A stretch of DNA of 64,000 nucleotides. Origin: Eledone cirrhosa. Taxonomy: Eukaryota. This document shows, in pieces, positions 25,688-39,792 of this stretch. Position numbers and translations under genes: made by a program. The notes below the pieces were generated by a model that was not told the DNA's origin, made no database searches, and saw only the letters and a list, made by a program, of their open reading frames with translations. Location: NCBI GenBank assembly GCA_964016885.1, contig OZ024740.1, forward strand, positions 109,864,001 to 109,928,000. Direction: 5' to 3'. Within the stretch, counting starts at the first letter, position 1. The number at the start of each line of letters is the position of its first letter.

Positions 25688-27559
25688 TTCCTTTCTCTTT
25701 TTTCTTAATTTTGGCACCACATTAAAATGCACCCAGTATACTCCGTAAAGTGCTTGCTATTAGGAAGAGCATCTAGCTATAGATACCATGCCAGACAAAG
25801 GGTCTAACAGACTCATCAGATGTGTCAATGACATGGCAACCTCCCTAGTACTAGTGCCACAATAAAATATTCCCATTACACTTGGTGAAGTGGTTGGCAT
25901 AAGGAGGGCCATCCAGCTGCATGAAACCTATCAAACAAATGGTTGAGAAGACTCTTCACTTGTGTCAAGAATATGACAACCTCTCTAGTGCTGGTGCCAT
26001 GATAAAATATACCTAGTACACTCTGTAAAGTGGTTGATGTTAGTAAATACATCCACCTGAAGAAAAAACATGTCAAAATTGAAATTTATGTAAGCAAGAC
26101 ATAGCCTCCCAGCCTGTCTTAGGGAGCAGGAGCCCTGATTAAATATTGACTTAATCTGTCATAATATATTTAGCCCATGCCAACATGGAAAAGCAGATGC
26201 AAAATGGTGGTGATAATGATAGTGTGTGATTTAAAGGAAAGTTGATTGCCATTTCTAGCAGGCGGTACAATCACATAGAGGTCTGTCCATTGGCTCATAA
26301 CAAACCATTATTTTTAATAGGCTGCTGCTGCTGCTAATAACAATGGTAAGCAGCTCCACTAATTAGATGACCTTCCCAAAGTTCAGTAATGAGATAACTA
26401 AAACTATGAATGTTTGCTGCTGGAATTCTGTTTTTTCAGTAATAAAAGTCAACAGATTGCATTAACATAGTCTGTCCTTATAATCTTTAATTCTAAAAGA
26501 ACAAAACCCTTATTGGAAATGGCATCTGGGTTCATTCCACACAATTAAGCTAAAACATCACTGAAAACTATCCTTGTAATTTCACCAACGACATTTATCT
26601 TGGCATGTAATTAATAAATACTCTTTGCTTTGTTTTATGTTGTGAAATATATTTTTTCATAAATTCCATAGATTTATGTAAAACTATTATTTCTCCATAA
26701 GTTATTTTACCAAATATGCATTACTAAGAGAGCAGTAATTACCAACTTATCAGAGGGAGGCGAGGGAGATAAACAGACTACTGTTATTGTCTTTCAATGT
26801 GCCAAACATAAGTATCACACTTCAGTTAGATTATTATCATATATACAGAGGCATATCAGATGATTTTTACCGATCTGCTGTGTGATAATATTCTTCAATG
26901 TTAGAACATTAGAGGGTCGGGAAGAGACAGAAACTTCCTAAGTTCAAATCTCAACAGAGACACTGCTGCTGTTGTCCTCCAATGTGTCAGGCATGAGTGT
27001 GACACTTAATGGACAGTCCCGCTGAGGTTAACTTTGCCTTTCATCCTTACAGTGTCGATAAAATAAAGTACCAGTAATGTACTGGGTAATTGCTGGCCTT
27101 GTGCCAAAAGTAGAAACAATTATTATAATAGCATAGTACCTGTAAAAAATGATTGAATAAATAGTAAAAAAAAACAACAAATATTGAATTAAATAATTCC
27201 TTGATTATAACATAATATGTGAAAATGCTTGAATCTGCAAGTTTTCCTTGATCTTTATAAACTTCAATTTGCCTTTTTCTTCTTAGTAGCAACAGTAGTA
27301 GTAGCAATAGCAGCAGTAATAGACACGGAAGAAGAAACAGCAACAGTAGCAGCAGCAATAGTAGTAGTAATAAGAACTATTTTCTTTTTGTCAAAAGGTA
27401 TATAACCACTTCTTAAACACTCATTTCTTTTGTTTTATTGAACAAAGTTGCTTAGTTCTTTAAGGGCATTTGCATGAATTTAGTAAGAAGCACACATGTC
27501 ATGAAAGAACTTTATTTGAGAAAACATTGGCATGAATAATCTTGAGATTCTTCTTGCCC

Positions 27560-28115
27560 AATCTACTCGATGAATTCAGTTAGCATTGATCACTGCTTCA
27601 ATTCAAGGTCTGAAACATTGATGTGCCTGAATTAGATCATATTCATTTTGGACACTGTGCTAGTTATGACAGACTTCAGAGATTTTATAGTGTCATGGGG
27701 CCATTGATTCACTTCCCTCTCAACGTCACCACATATGTTTGGAGAGCTAGGAGGCCATATGATTGGGGTGACATGATCATGTGTTTGGAATGCATCCATT
27801 CTTGAGTTGTCTTGGACTTATGAGATGGTGCAGAATCTTCTTGGTAGGAGCACATTCTTCCTTTGCTCTTGCTCTCTATCTAAGACCTCATAACCCTTCC
27901 AAATACCTCCTTATTGTCAGCAGCATTGGCCCTTTAGCTCTGAGGTAAGAAGTGAGGAGGCATGACATCCTTCTCATTGCTCACAACTCCCAAAACCATC
28001 GCAGTTGCCGGAAGCTTTGTGTGCATGATCGTTGAAATGTGTTTAGAGTCTCTGTATAATCATCTGTCATTACTTTGGTTACATTTTAGTCCTGATCAAA
28101 GTTTTTCTCATACGA
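27560..28115 (-). mobile_element. Decayed Tc1/mariner transposase (DD37D/maT-like)
   Basis: Minus strand EKNFDQD..MHTKLPATAMVLGVVSNEKDVMPPHF..QEDSAPSHKSKTTQEWM..HDHVTPIIWPPSSPN; stops, frameshifts, third-D region deleted. Confidence 0.85.
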
Positions 28116-28624
28116 GGAAAACTAAAGCATCCCAGCACTCGGTGTAAAGTTAGAACTCAGAACCTTGAGGTTGGAAAGTGAACTTATTGTTGCAACATAA
28201 TTGAGATAGGAAATGCATTGCAGGTACATACATTTTAAAGAGTTACAAACACACACACATTATATATATATACAAATACACACATATATATATATCATAT
28301 ATACACAAACATATGGGATGTATTATTATTATGTTTGATTTACAGAGACAGATGGTTTTACAGAGCTGCTGTGAGATAAACAATCTTCACTACTACAACA
28401 TTAGGATATGGTACAAAGGTAGAAACTTTACAGCCATTTAGTTGCTTTTCTTTATTATATCTTGGATTCAAATCACACTTGTATCATAGTATTATTATGT
28501 ATACAGAGCCAGCACGGTACCACAATAAAATACACCCAGTGAACTCTGTAAAGTGGTTGGTGATCAGAGGCAATATATTCTAGAGATGACTATTTAGTCA
28601 GGTTGAGTGTATGACAATCTCTTT

Positions 28625-29015
28625 ATTGTTGGTACCACAATAAAATTCACCCAGTGCACAGTCTGCAAAATGTTATTATTTGTGCCACAATAAAATTCAC
28701 CCAGTGCACACTCTGCAAAATGTTATTATTTGTGCCACAATAAAATTCCCCAAGTGCACACTCTGCAAAATATTATTATTGGTGCCACAATAAAATGCAC
28801 CCAGTGCACACTCTGCAAAATATTATTGGTGCCACAATAAAATGCACCCAGTGCACACTCTGCAAAATATTATTGGTGCCACAATAGAATACACCCAGTG
28901 CACACTCTGAAAAATCCTATTATTGGTGCCACAATACAATGCACCCAGTGCACTCTGCAAAGTGTTATTGTTGGAGCCACAATAAATGTATCCAGTACAC
29001 TCTGTAAAGTAGTTG
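28625..29015. repeat. 47-50-bp minisatellite x8 amplified from a SINE/RTE-UTR subrepeat
   Basis: ccacaa(t)a at 28635, 28685, 28735, 28785, 28832, 28879, 28929, 28977; same motif single-copy at ~21740 and ~25715. Confidence 0.9.
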
Positions 29016-29749
29016 GCATTACAGAAAGCAGCTAACCATAGAAAACAAGTCTTATATGGAATGTATAAGCAAGAGGAGGTCTCTCTAATGTGCTTAGTCC
29101 TGTTTACAGGTGAGAACAAATATGGCAAAGCATTTTGTCAGGTGTCCTAACAATTTTGTTAATCCATTGCACTATAAAAACAATAATAATAACAATAAAA
29201 AGGCCATCCAAGTGTAGAAACTATGTCCCAAAACGTAACATACAAGTCAGATGTGGGACTTGGCACATCTAGGTTGGTGGTAAATTCAAATAATATATAA
29301 TCCAGACGTTAAAAGCTTGTCCAACCCATGTCAGTCTTTTTGGAAAAATAATAGGAAAGAGGCTGATCCTCCAGAATCAAGGAAATTAAGTTTGTATTGG
29401 TTTTTCCATTTCTGATACTATCTGACGATTACAAATCCTGACAGAAGCATAACCAATTACCTGATTATAGGAAGCAAAATTTGAGCAGAGAACAGACAAA
29501 ATTGAAACAGATACTGCAAGGTGTCTTTTCAAATGCTTCAACAATTTCCTTTATCCACTTTTCCTCAACCAGTACTTCATTTATCAATACTGAAAGGCAA
29601 AGTTGACCTTGGCAGGATTTGAACTCAGACCACAAAGAGTTGGAACAAACACTATAAAGCACTTTTTCTGACACGAAAACGAATCTGGCAATTCACATGG
29701 AAAAACAGATGTAAAATGATAATTTCTATTGATAACAGATAATTTCAAA

Positions 29750-29955
29750 ACCATCATCATAATCACCACCACCACCACCACCACAAAACCAACAACCATA
29801 ACAACAACCACCACCACAAAACCAACAACCACTACCACAACAATAACAACAACAACCACGATAACCACCACCACACCAAAACCAACAACCATAACAACAA
29901 CAACAACCACCACTTCAACATCATCATCCACCATAAAACCAACAACTACAACAGA
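29750..29955. repeat. (ACC/AAC)n trinucleotide tract
   Basis: Direct inspection. Confidence 0.9.
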
Positions 29956-32900
29956 CACAATTGAAATCTTTATTATTTTCCTGTTGGTTTCTAATATATA
30001 TATATATATTTTTTCTCTCTTCAACAAAATATAAATAGTGGAAGAATCTATTTTGTTAAATTTTTTAACAGATATATTCTGCCACCTCCAGCTGTACCAA
30101 TTTATTAGTTTACTATTTTATTTCATTCAATCTTTCTCCCTCCACCCACTACCATCACCTTGATCAATCAGCGATCAATGATTCAGTGGGAAAAAAAAAG
30201 AATAGGAAAATGATAAGTGAATATATGTATATTTTTTAGAAATAAAAATATTTCGTATATAAAGAAAGAAAAAAGAAAAAAAGAAAATGAAAGAAAGGAA
30301 GGAAGGTCTAACAGTGGAAATATAGTAATTGAATATACTTAGGAATAAAAAAAACATGATTCTGTTGGATATTTTTGTTTTGTTTTAGTTTTAAAACAAT
30401 ATAAAAGTTGTTAAATAATCAATTAAATAAATTGAATACATGAAGAAGAGAAAATATAATTAGATAAAGAAGAGCTTAATAAAAAAAATTATAATTGCAC
30501 AACAAATTATATATATATATAAATAAATATATATAATAGTGAAACAAAGCTGTCGAATAAGACCGATAAATAGATACACACACACACACACACATATATA
30601 TATATCTGATATAATATTTAAAAGAATGCAAGTCTGTTTTGAATTCCAGTAATGCATGCACAATGATAACTGAAATGAACCGAAACTGATTATGAATTTG
30701 ATTAAACAGCTTATGCAGAGAAGCAAACTTTTGTTTTGGATGTCCATCTATCTGTCAGTGTCTGTTTGCCTGCCTACCTGCTTTGACGCATAGAGTTACG
30801 GCCCTTGCCATTCTGAGTTCAAATCCTGCTGAGGTTAACTTTGCCTTTCATCCTTACGGGGTCGATAAAATAAAGTACCAGTAATGCACTGGATAATTGC
30901 TGGCCTTGTGCCAAAAGTAGAAATAATTATTTATTTACCTAACTATCTATATCTATGTACCTATCTCTCTATAAATATATATCTGTCTGTTTGTATACCC
31001 ATCTATCCAATTATCTCTGCCTGTTTATACATACATGCATATATATGCACATAGTCCATTTTGCCAAATTCCCTTCAATGTTAATCAACCCTAGGTTACA
31101 GTAGAAGACATCTGAATAAATTTAACATCACAGCAAAACTTGCACCTGTATTACACAGCCAAAATTGCAGCTGTATTAAACAAAATATATATGACACAGT
31201 ATTTTTATAATTTACTCTCGACACACACACGTACATATATACTTATACAACGGGCTTTCACACAGTTTGTGTCTACAAAAATTCTCTAACAAAACATTAG
31301 TCAACTCAAAACTTAAGTAGAAAACACTCGTCCAAGGTGCTAATCAAGGGAACTGGATTGCACAAACACATTGGACAAGGTTGCGAAGAATGACCTAAAG
31401 AAACTGAACTTCATGAAGGTGATCACACAGGACTCACGATATGCATACAAAAAAAGACCTGTCTACTAGTACAAGCACTACAACACTAAAAGTAAATGTG
31501 GTAACAGACCGGCGGCTACTGTGTTTGGCAATCAAATGAAGACAATGTAGGTTTTGAAAGTATACCCTGTAAAGTGTTAGTGTTGGTGTTGGTACCATGA
31601 TAAAATTCACTTGTAAGTCCACTCTGTAAAATGGTTGTGCTAGTGTCATGAAAAATGCACCCAATATATTCTGTAAGATAGTTGGCATTAGGAATGGCAT
31701 CTAGTTGTAGAAACAATGCCAACTATGGACTATAAAGAGTAAGATTGGTTGCTCCAAGTCAACCGTAACATCCTGTCCAACCCATGCCAGCATGGAAAGC
31801 AGACATAGTGATAATGGTGATAAATACACATTTTTTACAGCTTCATCTCTTGATTAATAAAGATTATTAACCACAGCTGGATTGAAACCTGAGTAAGGAA
31901 CATGAGAAATTTTAAATCGTCTCTCTCTCTCTTCCTTACACACACACACACATACATACCTATATACATACACACACTGTGTCTATTCCTTCTATTTCAT
32001 CTCCATATCCACTGAGGATTTTATCAAAATTCAATCAAATAACTAAGTGAAACCAAGCTATTTATTTAATGATATGGTTACCTATATATAAAACATGCAG
32101 AGAAACATTTATTTTTACTATTAATTACAAATTCCAAGGATTGGATATTATCCCAACATGATGTCTGCCATCACTGCCCCCTCAGTGAGATAACAGGAGG
32201 ACGTATTTCAGTCAATAGAGAGGATAGACACAAGTTAGGGGTCCTTGGCATCTCTTGCTCTCTCACTCTCTCTCTATCTATATATATATATAGAGAGAGA
32301 GAGTGAGAGAGAGAAATAAAATCCTGACTGTGGCGCCAATATATATATAAATATTACAGTATCATCAACCATCAAAAGCTTAACTAAATGTAGAAGGGTG
32401 TTTGTTTTCAATGCTATGTGTATTAACCCTTTCAAAATGAAATTGCTTAAAACCACACCAGGTTTTACAAATCAAAGCTGTTTGTTTTCAAATAGTTATG
32501 ATGATCTAAAGACCTTTCTTCATAATTTTATGTAAGAACCTTTAAGTTATATCCCAAACATAAGCTTAAAAATGAGAAAGTATCTTTAAGTTATGCTTCA
32601 AACACCAGCTTAACAATAAAAAAGTTAGTCATATTACTAAAAACCTTCAAATACTTGTCTGTTTTCTAAATTATTTGAAATATATAGGCAGTGTCTTTCA
32701 TTAGAAATATGGTAAGGAAAAGGTCAAGTTATGTTCCAAACACCAACTTTATAATAAAAGAGTGAGTTACTTTACTTATCCCCCCAAATTCTTGATTATT
32801 AAAAAAACTTTGCAAAGCATTTCATATTGCTCAAGTCTACTTAGCTGGAATATATAGTGGTGCCATACAGGGGGCTGATGAAGACATATACCAATATGGC

Positions 32901-33189
32901 AAGACCAAGAGAACCATCTTCCAATATTTGACAGTATTTCAATATAGAATGCAGCAGTGTGGATGACTGGAAAATTGTGACTGACTCTACTTATATCACA
33001 CCTTCTGAGTGACAAAACTACAAGCATGGCAGTATTTCAATGTCACAGATGCATGTGATGTGCCGACTGCTACACACACATATATATATATATATCAGTT
33101 CTGTATGAGCAAACATGGTCACTGGACCTAACATTGCCCACAACCCATGCCGTCATGGAAAAATGGATGTAAAACGATGATGATGATGA

Positions 33190-33310
<121 letters not shown>

Positions 33311-33318
<8 letters not shown>

Positions 33319-33426
33319 AATGCCATCTACAGCACTAGAACTGTTTCATTCATATGAAATCATCAGAAATCCCAAATGATTTCATATGAATGAAATCAAA
33401 CAGTTTGTAGAAGTAATTTCTCTCTC
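33311..33426. repeat. Foldback palindrome; left arm holds a hammerhead core on the minus strand
   Basis: 33344-33363 and 33376-33395 are perfect 20-bp inverted repeats; minus strand CTGATGA-tttcatatgaat-GAAACAG-ttctagtg-CTGTA; same family as 53911-53955. Confidence 0.75.
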
Positions 33427-33629
33427 AATATATAAATATATGCTTGTATGTATATATATGTTTGTGTGTATATATATGTGCATGAGAGAGAGAGATTCCT
33501 CTTACTTAAATCTCTGGTCATCTTGTCTATTGCTAGATTAATAGTAGCTAGAAATATTTAGAGAGTGGCACTTGTGTAACATGTATTTGTCACTATAATA
33601 TTTTTGCAACCCATATTTTTTTCTCCTAA

Positions 33630-33810
33630 CACAAGTTAGAACTTGAGCTTCTTAGAGCCACATACAGGTGTAATTGTGTAAAGTCAGCTTTTAACACCTG
33701 CTCCCAAGTCTTCTTAGGCCAGGCCACTCCATGGCTTCCGTCAACTTTGAGCGCTCTGCACATTTTTATACAGCTGTCATCCTTCATACAAATCACATGC
33801 CTATACCACA
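33630..33810 (-). mobile_element. Short decayed RTE 3' ORF fragment
   Basis: WYRHVICMKDDSCIKMCRALKVDGSHGVAWPKKTW. Confidence 0.8.
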
Positions 33811-34785
33811 CACACACACACACATATATGAGAGAGCAAAGAGAGAGATTAGAAAGATACATTGTGTTTATTAGTATTTTTAAAGTACCAATATATTACT
33901 CAAAATTTAATACAGTGAACATGCTAAGAAAGCTAAGTGCAATATATATTTATATATATTTTATATACTATTTGTCATTTGAATATTACATTGCTGTTCA
34001 GCATTCAATATGCATTATATTTGGGTCATTTCAGACAATTACTTGATTTTCTCCTCATCCCCTTTTGCATGCGTAAATGTTCTTTATACTAAGATATTAA
34101 AATCTATCTTTTATGCTTACATCCATCACCATTAATCATCTCTCTCATCTATCTATATATCTATACATCTATCTATTTATATATTTATGACAGTTCTTGA
34201 TATCTTCCTTCTCTTCAATCTACTTCATCAAAATCAACTCATATGTTCACATATTAGCTCCACCAGCTTCTGGCACTATTTTGGAAACATGCCTCCAAAA
34301 GAACAACAGAGACAATGTCATTGATATGAAATTAATGAATGAAGCTCACTTCAACATATCTTACAGCAGCCTGCTACATATTACATCCTCTCATACAGAC
34401 ACAGTCAGACACATACAGACAAATACACACATATAAACATAGACATACAAACACAGACAAATACACACACACAAAGACATATAAACATACAGATATACAA
34501 ACAAAGACATATAAACACACATATATAAAAACACAGACAAATACACGCAGAGATACAGACACAGATACACACACACACAATCACAGAGAAACACATGCTC
34601 ACACGCACATTCAAATTCAAGTTATTAATTTATGGATGCAGGCATGGCTGTGTGGTCAAGAAGTTCACTCCACAAGGAGATCAAGGATAAGATCCCAACA
34701 CATGGCCTTGAACCTATCAATGACTTCTGAGTGAACTCTATTGAAACTGTACCATTTGGATTTTAGTCTTCTAATTTATTATTAT

Positions 34786-34818
<33 letters not shown>

Positions 34819-34821
<3 letters not shown>

Positions 34822-36947
34822 TCATCATCAACGTTTAACGTCCGTGTTCCACGCTTGCATGGGTTTGGACGGGGGTTTTCCCACTTGAGGCAAGAGTCAT
34901 TGTCTTGCTCGCATAGGACTGTCTGGCAGGTTTTCTACAGTTGGATGCCCTTCCTAACACCAACCACATTTACAGTGTGGGTCTGGGAGGTTTTTACCGT
35001 GTTGCCTACACGGCCACATTACAGTGTGGACTGTGTTTTTTTGTCGTGACACCTACACGACCTCATTTATTTCGGCCTGGATGGCGTGGCACCGACATAA
35101 CTTTACATAGAAGGGGGTGGTGTGGATGGGGTGGGGGTGGTGGGACGGGGTGTATTTTGTTAGAGATGCCTACTGGCTGTAGTAGGTTTTACTATGTATT
35201 TAGGTAAGGCGGCTCTTCTCTGTTACTGAGTACCGCCAAAGGTCTCGGTCCAGTGACATTGTCTTGGAGAGGTGTAAGTGTGTGAGGTCGGAGTTTATCA
35301 GCTCGTTCCAGGTTTTTCTAGGTCTGCCTATTCCGTGGCTACCGTCTATCTTTATTACCCTGCACTTTGTTATACAGCTATCGACTTTCATGCGCATCAC
35401 GTGTCCATACCAACGTAGCCTTCTCTCGAGTAAACAACATCTGATCCCTCTTATTTCTAATTTTTTCCTTAGTTCGTTTATGCTTTGCCGTTCACGTATA
35501 TTACTGTTACACATCCAGCGGAGCATGCAAGCTTCATTCCTCTCTAGTCTGCGTATATCCTCTGCACACAATGCCCAGGTCTCACTGCCATGCAACATTG
35601 CTGTTCGTATGCAGGCATCATACAACTTGCCTTTTATTTTTAGGGAGAACCCTTTAGCAGCTAATAGTGGTATAAGCTCTCTGAACTTTTTCCATCCAGT
35701 TCTGACTCTAGCTACTGTACTTTCTGAGCACCCTCCCCCACTGCTGATTTTGTCACCCAGGTAACGAAAGCTGTCCACTATTTCTATAGAGCCCTCTGCG
35801 CAGTTGTAAGAGCTAGTATTTTGTGGGCACTTGCTGCTACTTATTGCACCAGAGCACCGGTCACATGTAAAATCTATGTTCTTAGTTAGCTTACCTGTGA
35901 TCCCACTACATCTTTTATGCACCCATACTTTGCATTTGGGACATAAAATGGAGTTTCTACCTACGCCTTTCCTACACACTGAGCATGGCCATTTCCCAGA
36001 AGGGACCGCCACCTTATTTTCTTTCCTACAAACTAGAACTTTAGTCTTAGCCAGGTTAATTTTAAGTCCTTTTGATTCTAGGCCATGCTTCCATGTTTGG
36101 AATTTCTTCTCTAGCTCGGCCATTGATTCAGCTATGAGTGTCAGGTCGTCTGCGTATAGGAGTTCCCATGGGCAGCCGGTCTTGAACTCCTCTGTTATAG
36201 CCTGAAGGGCAATAATAAATAGTAGGGGGCTGAGAACAGAGCCCTGATGGATGCCAACTTTTACGCTAAACTCTTCACTATGTTCGTTGTTAATTCTAAC
36301 CTTGCTGACTGTTTCTTTATACATGGCTTGTATAGCCCTCACAAGCCATTCGTCAACGCCTAGTTTTCTAAGAGCCCACCAGATAATGGAGCGGGGGACT
36401 CTGTCGAAGGCTTTCTCCAAGTCGACAAAAGCTAAGTAGAGGGGTTTACCTTTAGCTAGGTACTTCTCCTGTAGTTGTCGTACAATGAAAAGAGCGTCTG
36501 TGGTACTTTTGCCTGACACAAACCCGAACTGCATTTCATTTAGGTCAATTCTCTCTCTGATTAGTTGCGCTATTACTTTTTCCGTGACCTTCATGACCTG
36601 GTCGATTAGTTTAATGCCTCTATAGTTACTCCTATCTAGGGCATCTCCTTTACCCTTATAACAGTTAACGATGATGCTGCTATGCCAGTCCTTCGGAACA
36701 ACCCCATTCTGCACGACTTGGTTAACTATGCGGGTGACCATGGTGTGTCCCACCGTGCCAGATGCCTTCAGCATCTCAACGACTATTTCCGAAGGCCCAG
36801 CCGCCTTACCCGTCTTCATATCCTTGATTGCCTTACTTATTATACTCCCCTCGACTAACACTGCTGGTCCCTCTATTGGGTCGATGTGGGGGAGACTGTC
36901 TTTCTCCCATTTATTCTCCTTATTTAGTAGCCTTTCATAGTGACACT
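34819..36947 (-). mobile_element. RTE-clade LINE (subfamily A), 5'-truncated, inserted in (TA)n
   Basis: Open RT frame, ~380-bp 3' UTR, (GAT)n tail, (TA)n on both flanks. Confidence 0.97.
35200..36947 (-). CDS. RTE reverse transcriptase plus PHD finger (N-truncated, no native start)
   Basis: GKAAGP, NYRGIKL, QFGF, DLEKAFDRV, HQGSVLSP, YADD, C4HC3, RRLRWYGHV. Confidence 0.9.
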
Positions 36948-37242
36948 CATATATATATATATATATATATATAATCAACTCGTGTATCACTTCTCAACAT
37001 TCTAAATCATCATCATTATAATCGTTTAACATCCATCTTCCACGGTAGCATGGGTTAGATGGTTTAATTCCATTTGGCAGGTTTTCTACGGCTGGATGCC
37101 CTTCCAAACACCAACCATATTTACAGTGTGGACTGGGTGCTTTTTGTTGTGTCACCGGTACAGTGGACATATATATATATGTTGTGTGTGTGTGTGTGTG
37201 TGTGTATGTATATATATATATACATACATATATATTTGCATG

Positions 37243-37276
<34 letters not shown>

Positions 37277-37810
37277 TATATATATGTCCACTGTATATAT
37301 GTATATATATATATATCATTGTCATTTTACTGTCTGCTTTCCTTACTAGCAAGGGTTGGATGGGTCCACATAGCCCAAGTCAGTACTGAAGCAGAGCCAC
37401 TGATCTCCCAGGCAGGCAAGGGCCCAGTGCGCTTATGTACAGTCTCCCGTTCTATCAAGTGCTCAGGAGAGGTTGTCACGCTTTTGACACAACTGAAGGT
37501 CCTCCCAAACCTTTGTAGGGTAAGATTTCTATGACTGGATGCCCTTCCTATCACCAACCACTTTGTCATGTAAATGTTTGTCATGTAAATTACCAACACT
37601 AGAGAGGTTGTCATGCTCTTGACATGACTAGAGGGTCCTCTAGTTTTCTACAGCTGGATGCCCTTCCCATCAACAACCAATTTACAGTGTGTGTTGGGAG
37701 CACTTATTGGTGTATATCACCAATGTATGTATGCAAAACGTAAATGGAAAACAACACAGCAAATGATGAAGATATATATTAATTTAATGCTTGATATAGT
37801 AGGAAAGGAG

Positions 37811-37846
37811 CCTTAATGTTTTGGATGTTAGTTCTTCATCAGAAGA
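37811..37846 (-). ncRNA. Decayed copy of the 12140 hammerhead motif
   Basis: CTGATGAagaactaacatccAAAACATT; flanks align with 12130-12195. Confidence 0.45.
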
Positions 37847-38187
37847 TAGAATGAGAAATAAAAGTAAAAATAAAAATATAGAGGAGAGTAATAAGAGGAA
37901 GAAACAAAAAGAAAATTGGTAGTAGTGGTGGTGGTGGTGGTTGTGGAGGGGGGGGGGGGGGGGGGTGAAGCATGTGGTAGGGAAAAAATAAAAGTAATTT
38001 GGCCCCCTTTAAATATTGTGAGCACCTGGCTGATACCACAATGAAATGGTTAGAGTTAAGGAAAGTATCCAGCTGTAAAAAAGCCATGTGGAAATTGGAA
38101 CATATGTTAAAGTGAGATATAGACCTTTGGTCCATCTAGAAATACATTAGCATTTGATATTGGAGATAATTGTTCCTTTAAAGTTTG

Positions 38188-38239
<52 letters not shown>

Positions 38240-38820
38240 ATGCGTGTTTGTGCGTGTATGTGCATGTGTGTGTGTGTGTGTGTTTTTGTGTTTGTGTGTG
38301 TGTGTTTGTGTGTGAGTGTGTGTTTGTGTGTGTTTGTGTCTGTGTGCATGTGTTATCTATTAATAATAATCTTATAAAATGTGTGTGCGTGCGCAAATCT
38401 GTTTGTATGTACTATCCATTAGCTTTTCTTATAAAATAGCAATTATTTGTTAATTCATCATGAGCCCTAGGGATATCTCTAAGGATTGCTACAAATGTTG
38501 TGCATAAGTGCACTAAAATAGAAAAATGGGGAACAAAAAAAAAAAGAGGAAGAAAAAACATATTAAACTTAATATCATCTTGGATTTAAAATGCTGACAC
38601 TACACGAGAGCAGCCAAGGGATTCCTTTTATTGTTACTAAGTTTCTTTGAAAGCACTTTTATGGTTTCAATTGTGAACCAAATATCATATTTAAACCCTT
38701 GTTGCAATAACAGTGACACAGAAAAATGAAAATAATACGTGTTGTGTTTGAAATATTTAAAAAAAGATTTTTAACAACACTTCCACCTCACACACACCAC
38801 AAACAAAAAAATAATGATTT

Positions 38821-38880
38821 CTTTTATTGGCCACAAGGGCTTAGACTTTGGGAATGATACAAAGATGTAAAACAAGCTTC
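38821..38880 (-). mobile_element. Isolated Tx1-family 3' end
   Basis: gcccttgtggccaataaaagaaat matches the terminus gcccttgtggctaataaag of the 55.4-kb copy. Confidence 0.5.
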
Positions 38881-38956
38881 AGCTGTAGATAGAAGTTTTT
38901 GAAGAGGCTGGCAGTAGTGAGTGCATACGTATTTGAGCATACCACACACACACACT

Positions 38957-39043
<87 letters not shown>

Positions 39044-39169
39044 ATATATAAATATATATATATATACACACATATATAAATATATATATATATGTACATA
39101 CACACATATATAAATATATATATATATATATACATACTTGTGTGTGTGTATATATATATATATTGTTTA

Positions 39170-39792
39170 GAAAATATAAGAGAAACACAAACATAAGGAC
39201 AATTCCCACTCTTCGGCTGTCTGCTGTGGGTCACTGATGTTTCAACGCATTAAAGACAGTACATCTCATCACAGTGCGTTAACTAAGAAGTATAGTTATC
39301 AGGGAAGAAAACAGCAAAAACAAAGATGATAGCGAAGAGAACGACAGAAAAAGAAAATAAACAGAAGAAAAACATACCGATAGAGAGGGGGAAACATGAG
39401 AGAGTAGTACATGTAAGTTGCAGTAACCAATAGGAGAGAGGGGAGAAGTTAAAAAGGTGACTGAACGTAAGCCCTGAATCCGTATTAACAGCACAAGAGA
39501 AAGTGAAGAAAAAGAGTCTGATCTTAGTGAGAACAGGCAACAAGTGGGAGAGAGAAGGAAAATGGAAGTAAGAGGGGGAAGGGGGAAGTGGTAACGGAGG
39601 AGGGAGAGAGGGGAAGAAAGGAGATAGATGGTGGGAGAGAAAGAGAATAAGTGAGTGGAAGAGAGAGGGAGAATAAGTGAGTGGAAGAGAGAGGGAGAAT
39701 AAGTGAGTGGAAGAGAGAGGGGGAATAAGTGAGTGGGAGAGAAAGAAAGAGGGAGAAAGGAAGAAGGAAAAGAGTTAATCCCAAATGGAGGG
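39170..39792 (-). mobile_element. Penelope-like 3' end (PxGIN ORF terminus, CT-rich UTR, degenerate hammerhead at 39232-39276)
   Basis: PPFGINSF; 26-bp repeat x4 at 39643-39742; CACT-GTGATGA-gatgta..tgcgtt-GAAACATC-AGTG with 4-bp stem I. Confidence 0.55.

Noticed and set aside
21985-29015. CRISPR-like appearance of regular arrays at 22.0 kb and 28.6 kb
   Set aside because: Whole units repeat with no unique spacers, no cas genes, eukaryotic context.
29584-30034. Mucin-like Thr-rich or Val-rich ORFs
   Set aside because: Product of an (ACC/AAC)n tract; no splice or domain support.
15893-32890. Isolated CTGA(T/C)GA heptamers (~15893, ~29422, ~32876) as hammerheads
   Set aside because: No properly placed GAAA, stem III or stem I.
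34197-34436. 79-aa ORF as host exon or GIY-YIG remnant
   Set aside because: No clear splice sites or diagnostic residues.
36948-36990. N-terminus [15 protein letters not shown] of the 596-aa ORF (and MASTGLELF.. of 52725-53960)
   Set aside because: Read-through from flanking (TA)n or the adjacent pLTR remnant, not native starts.
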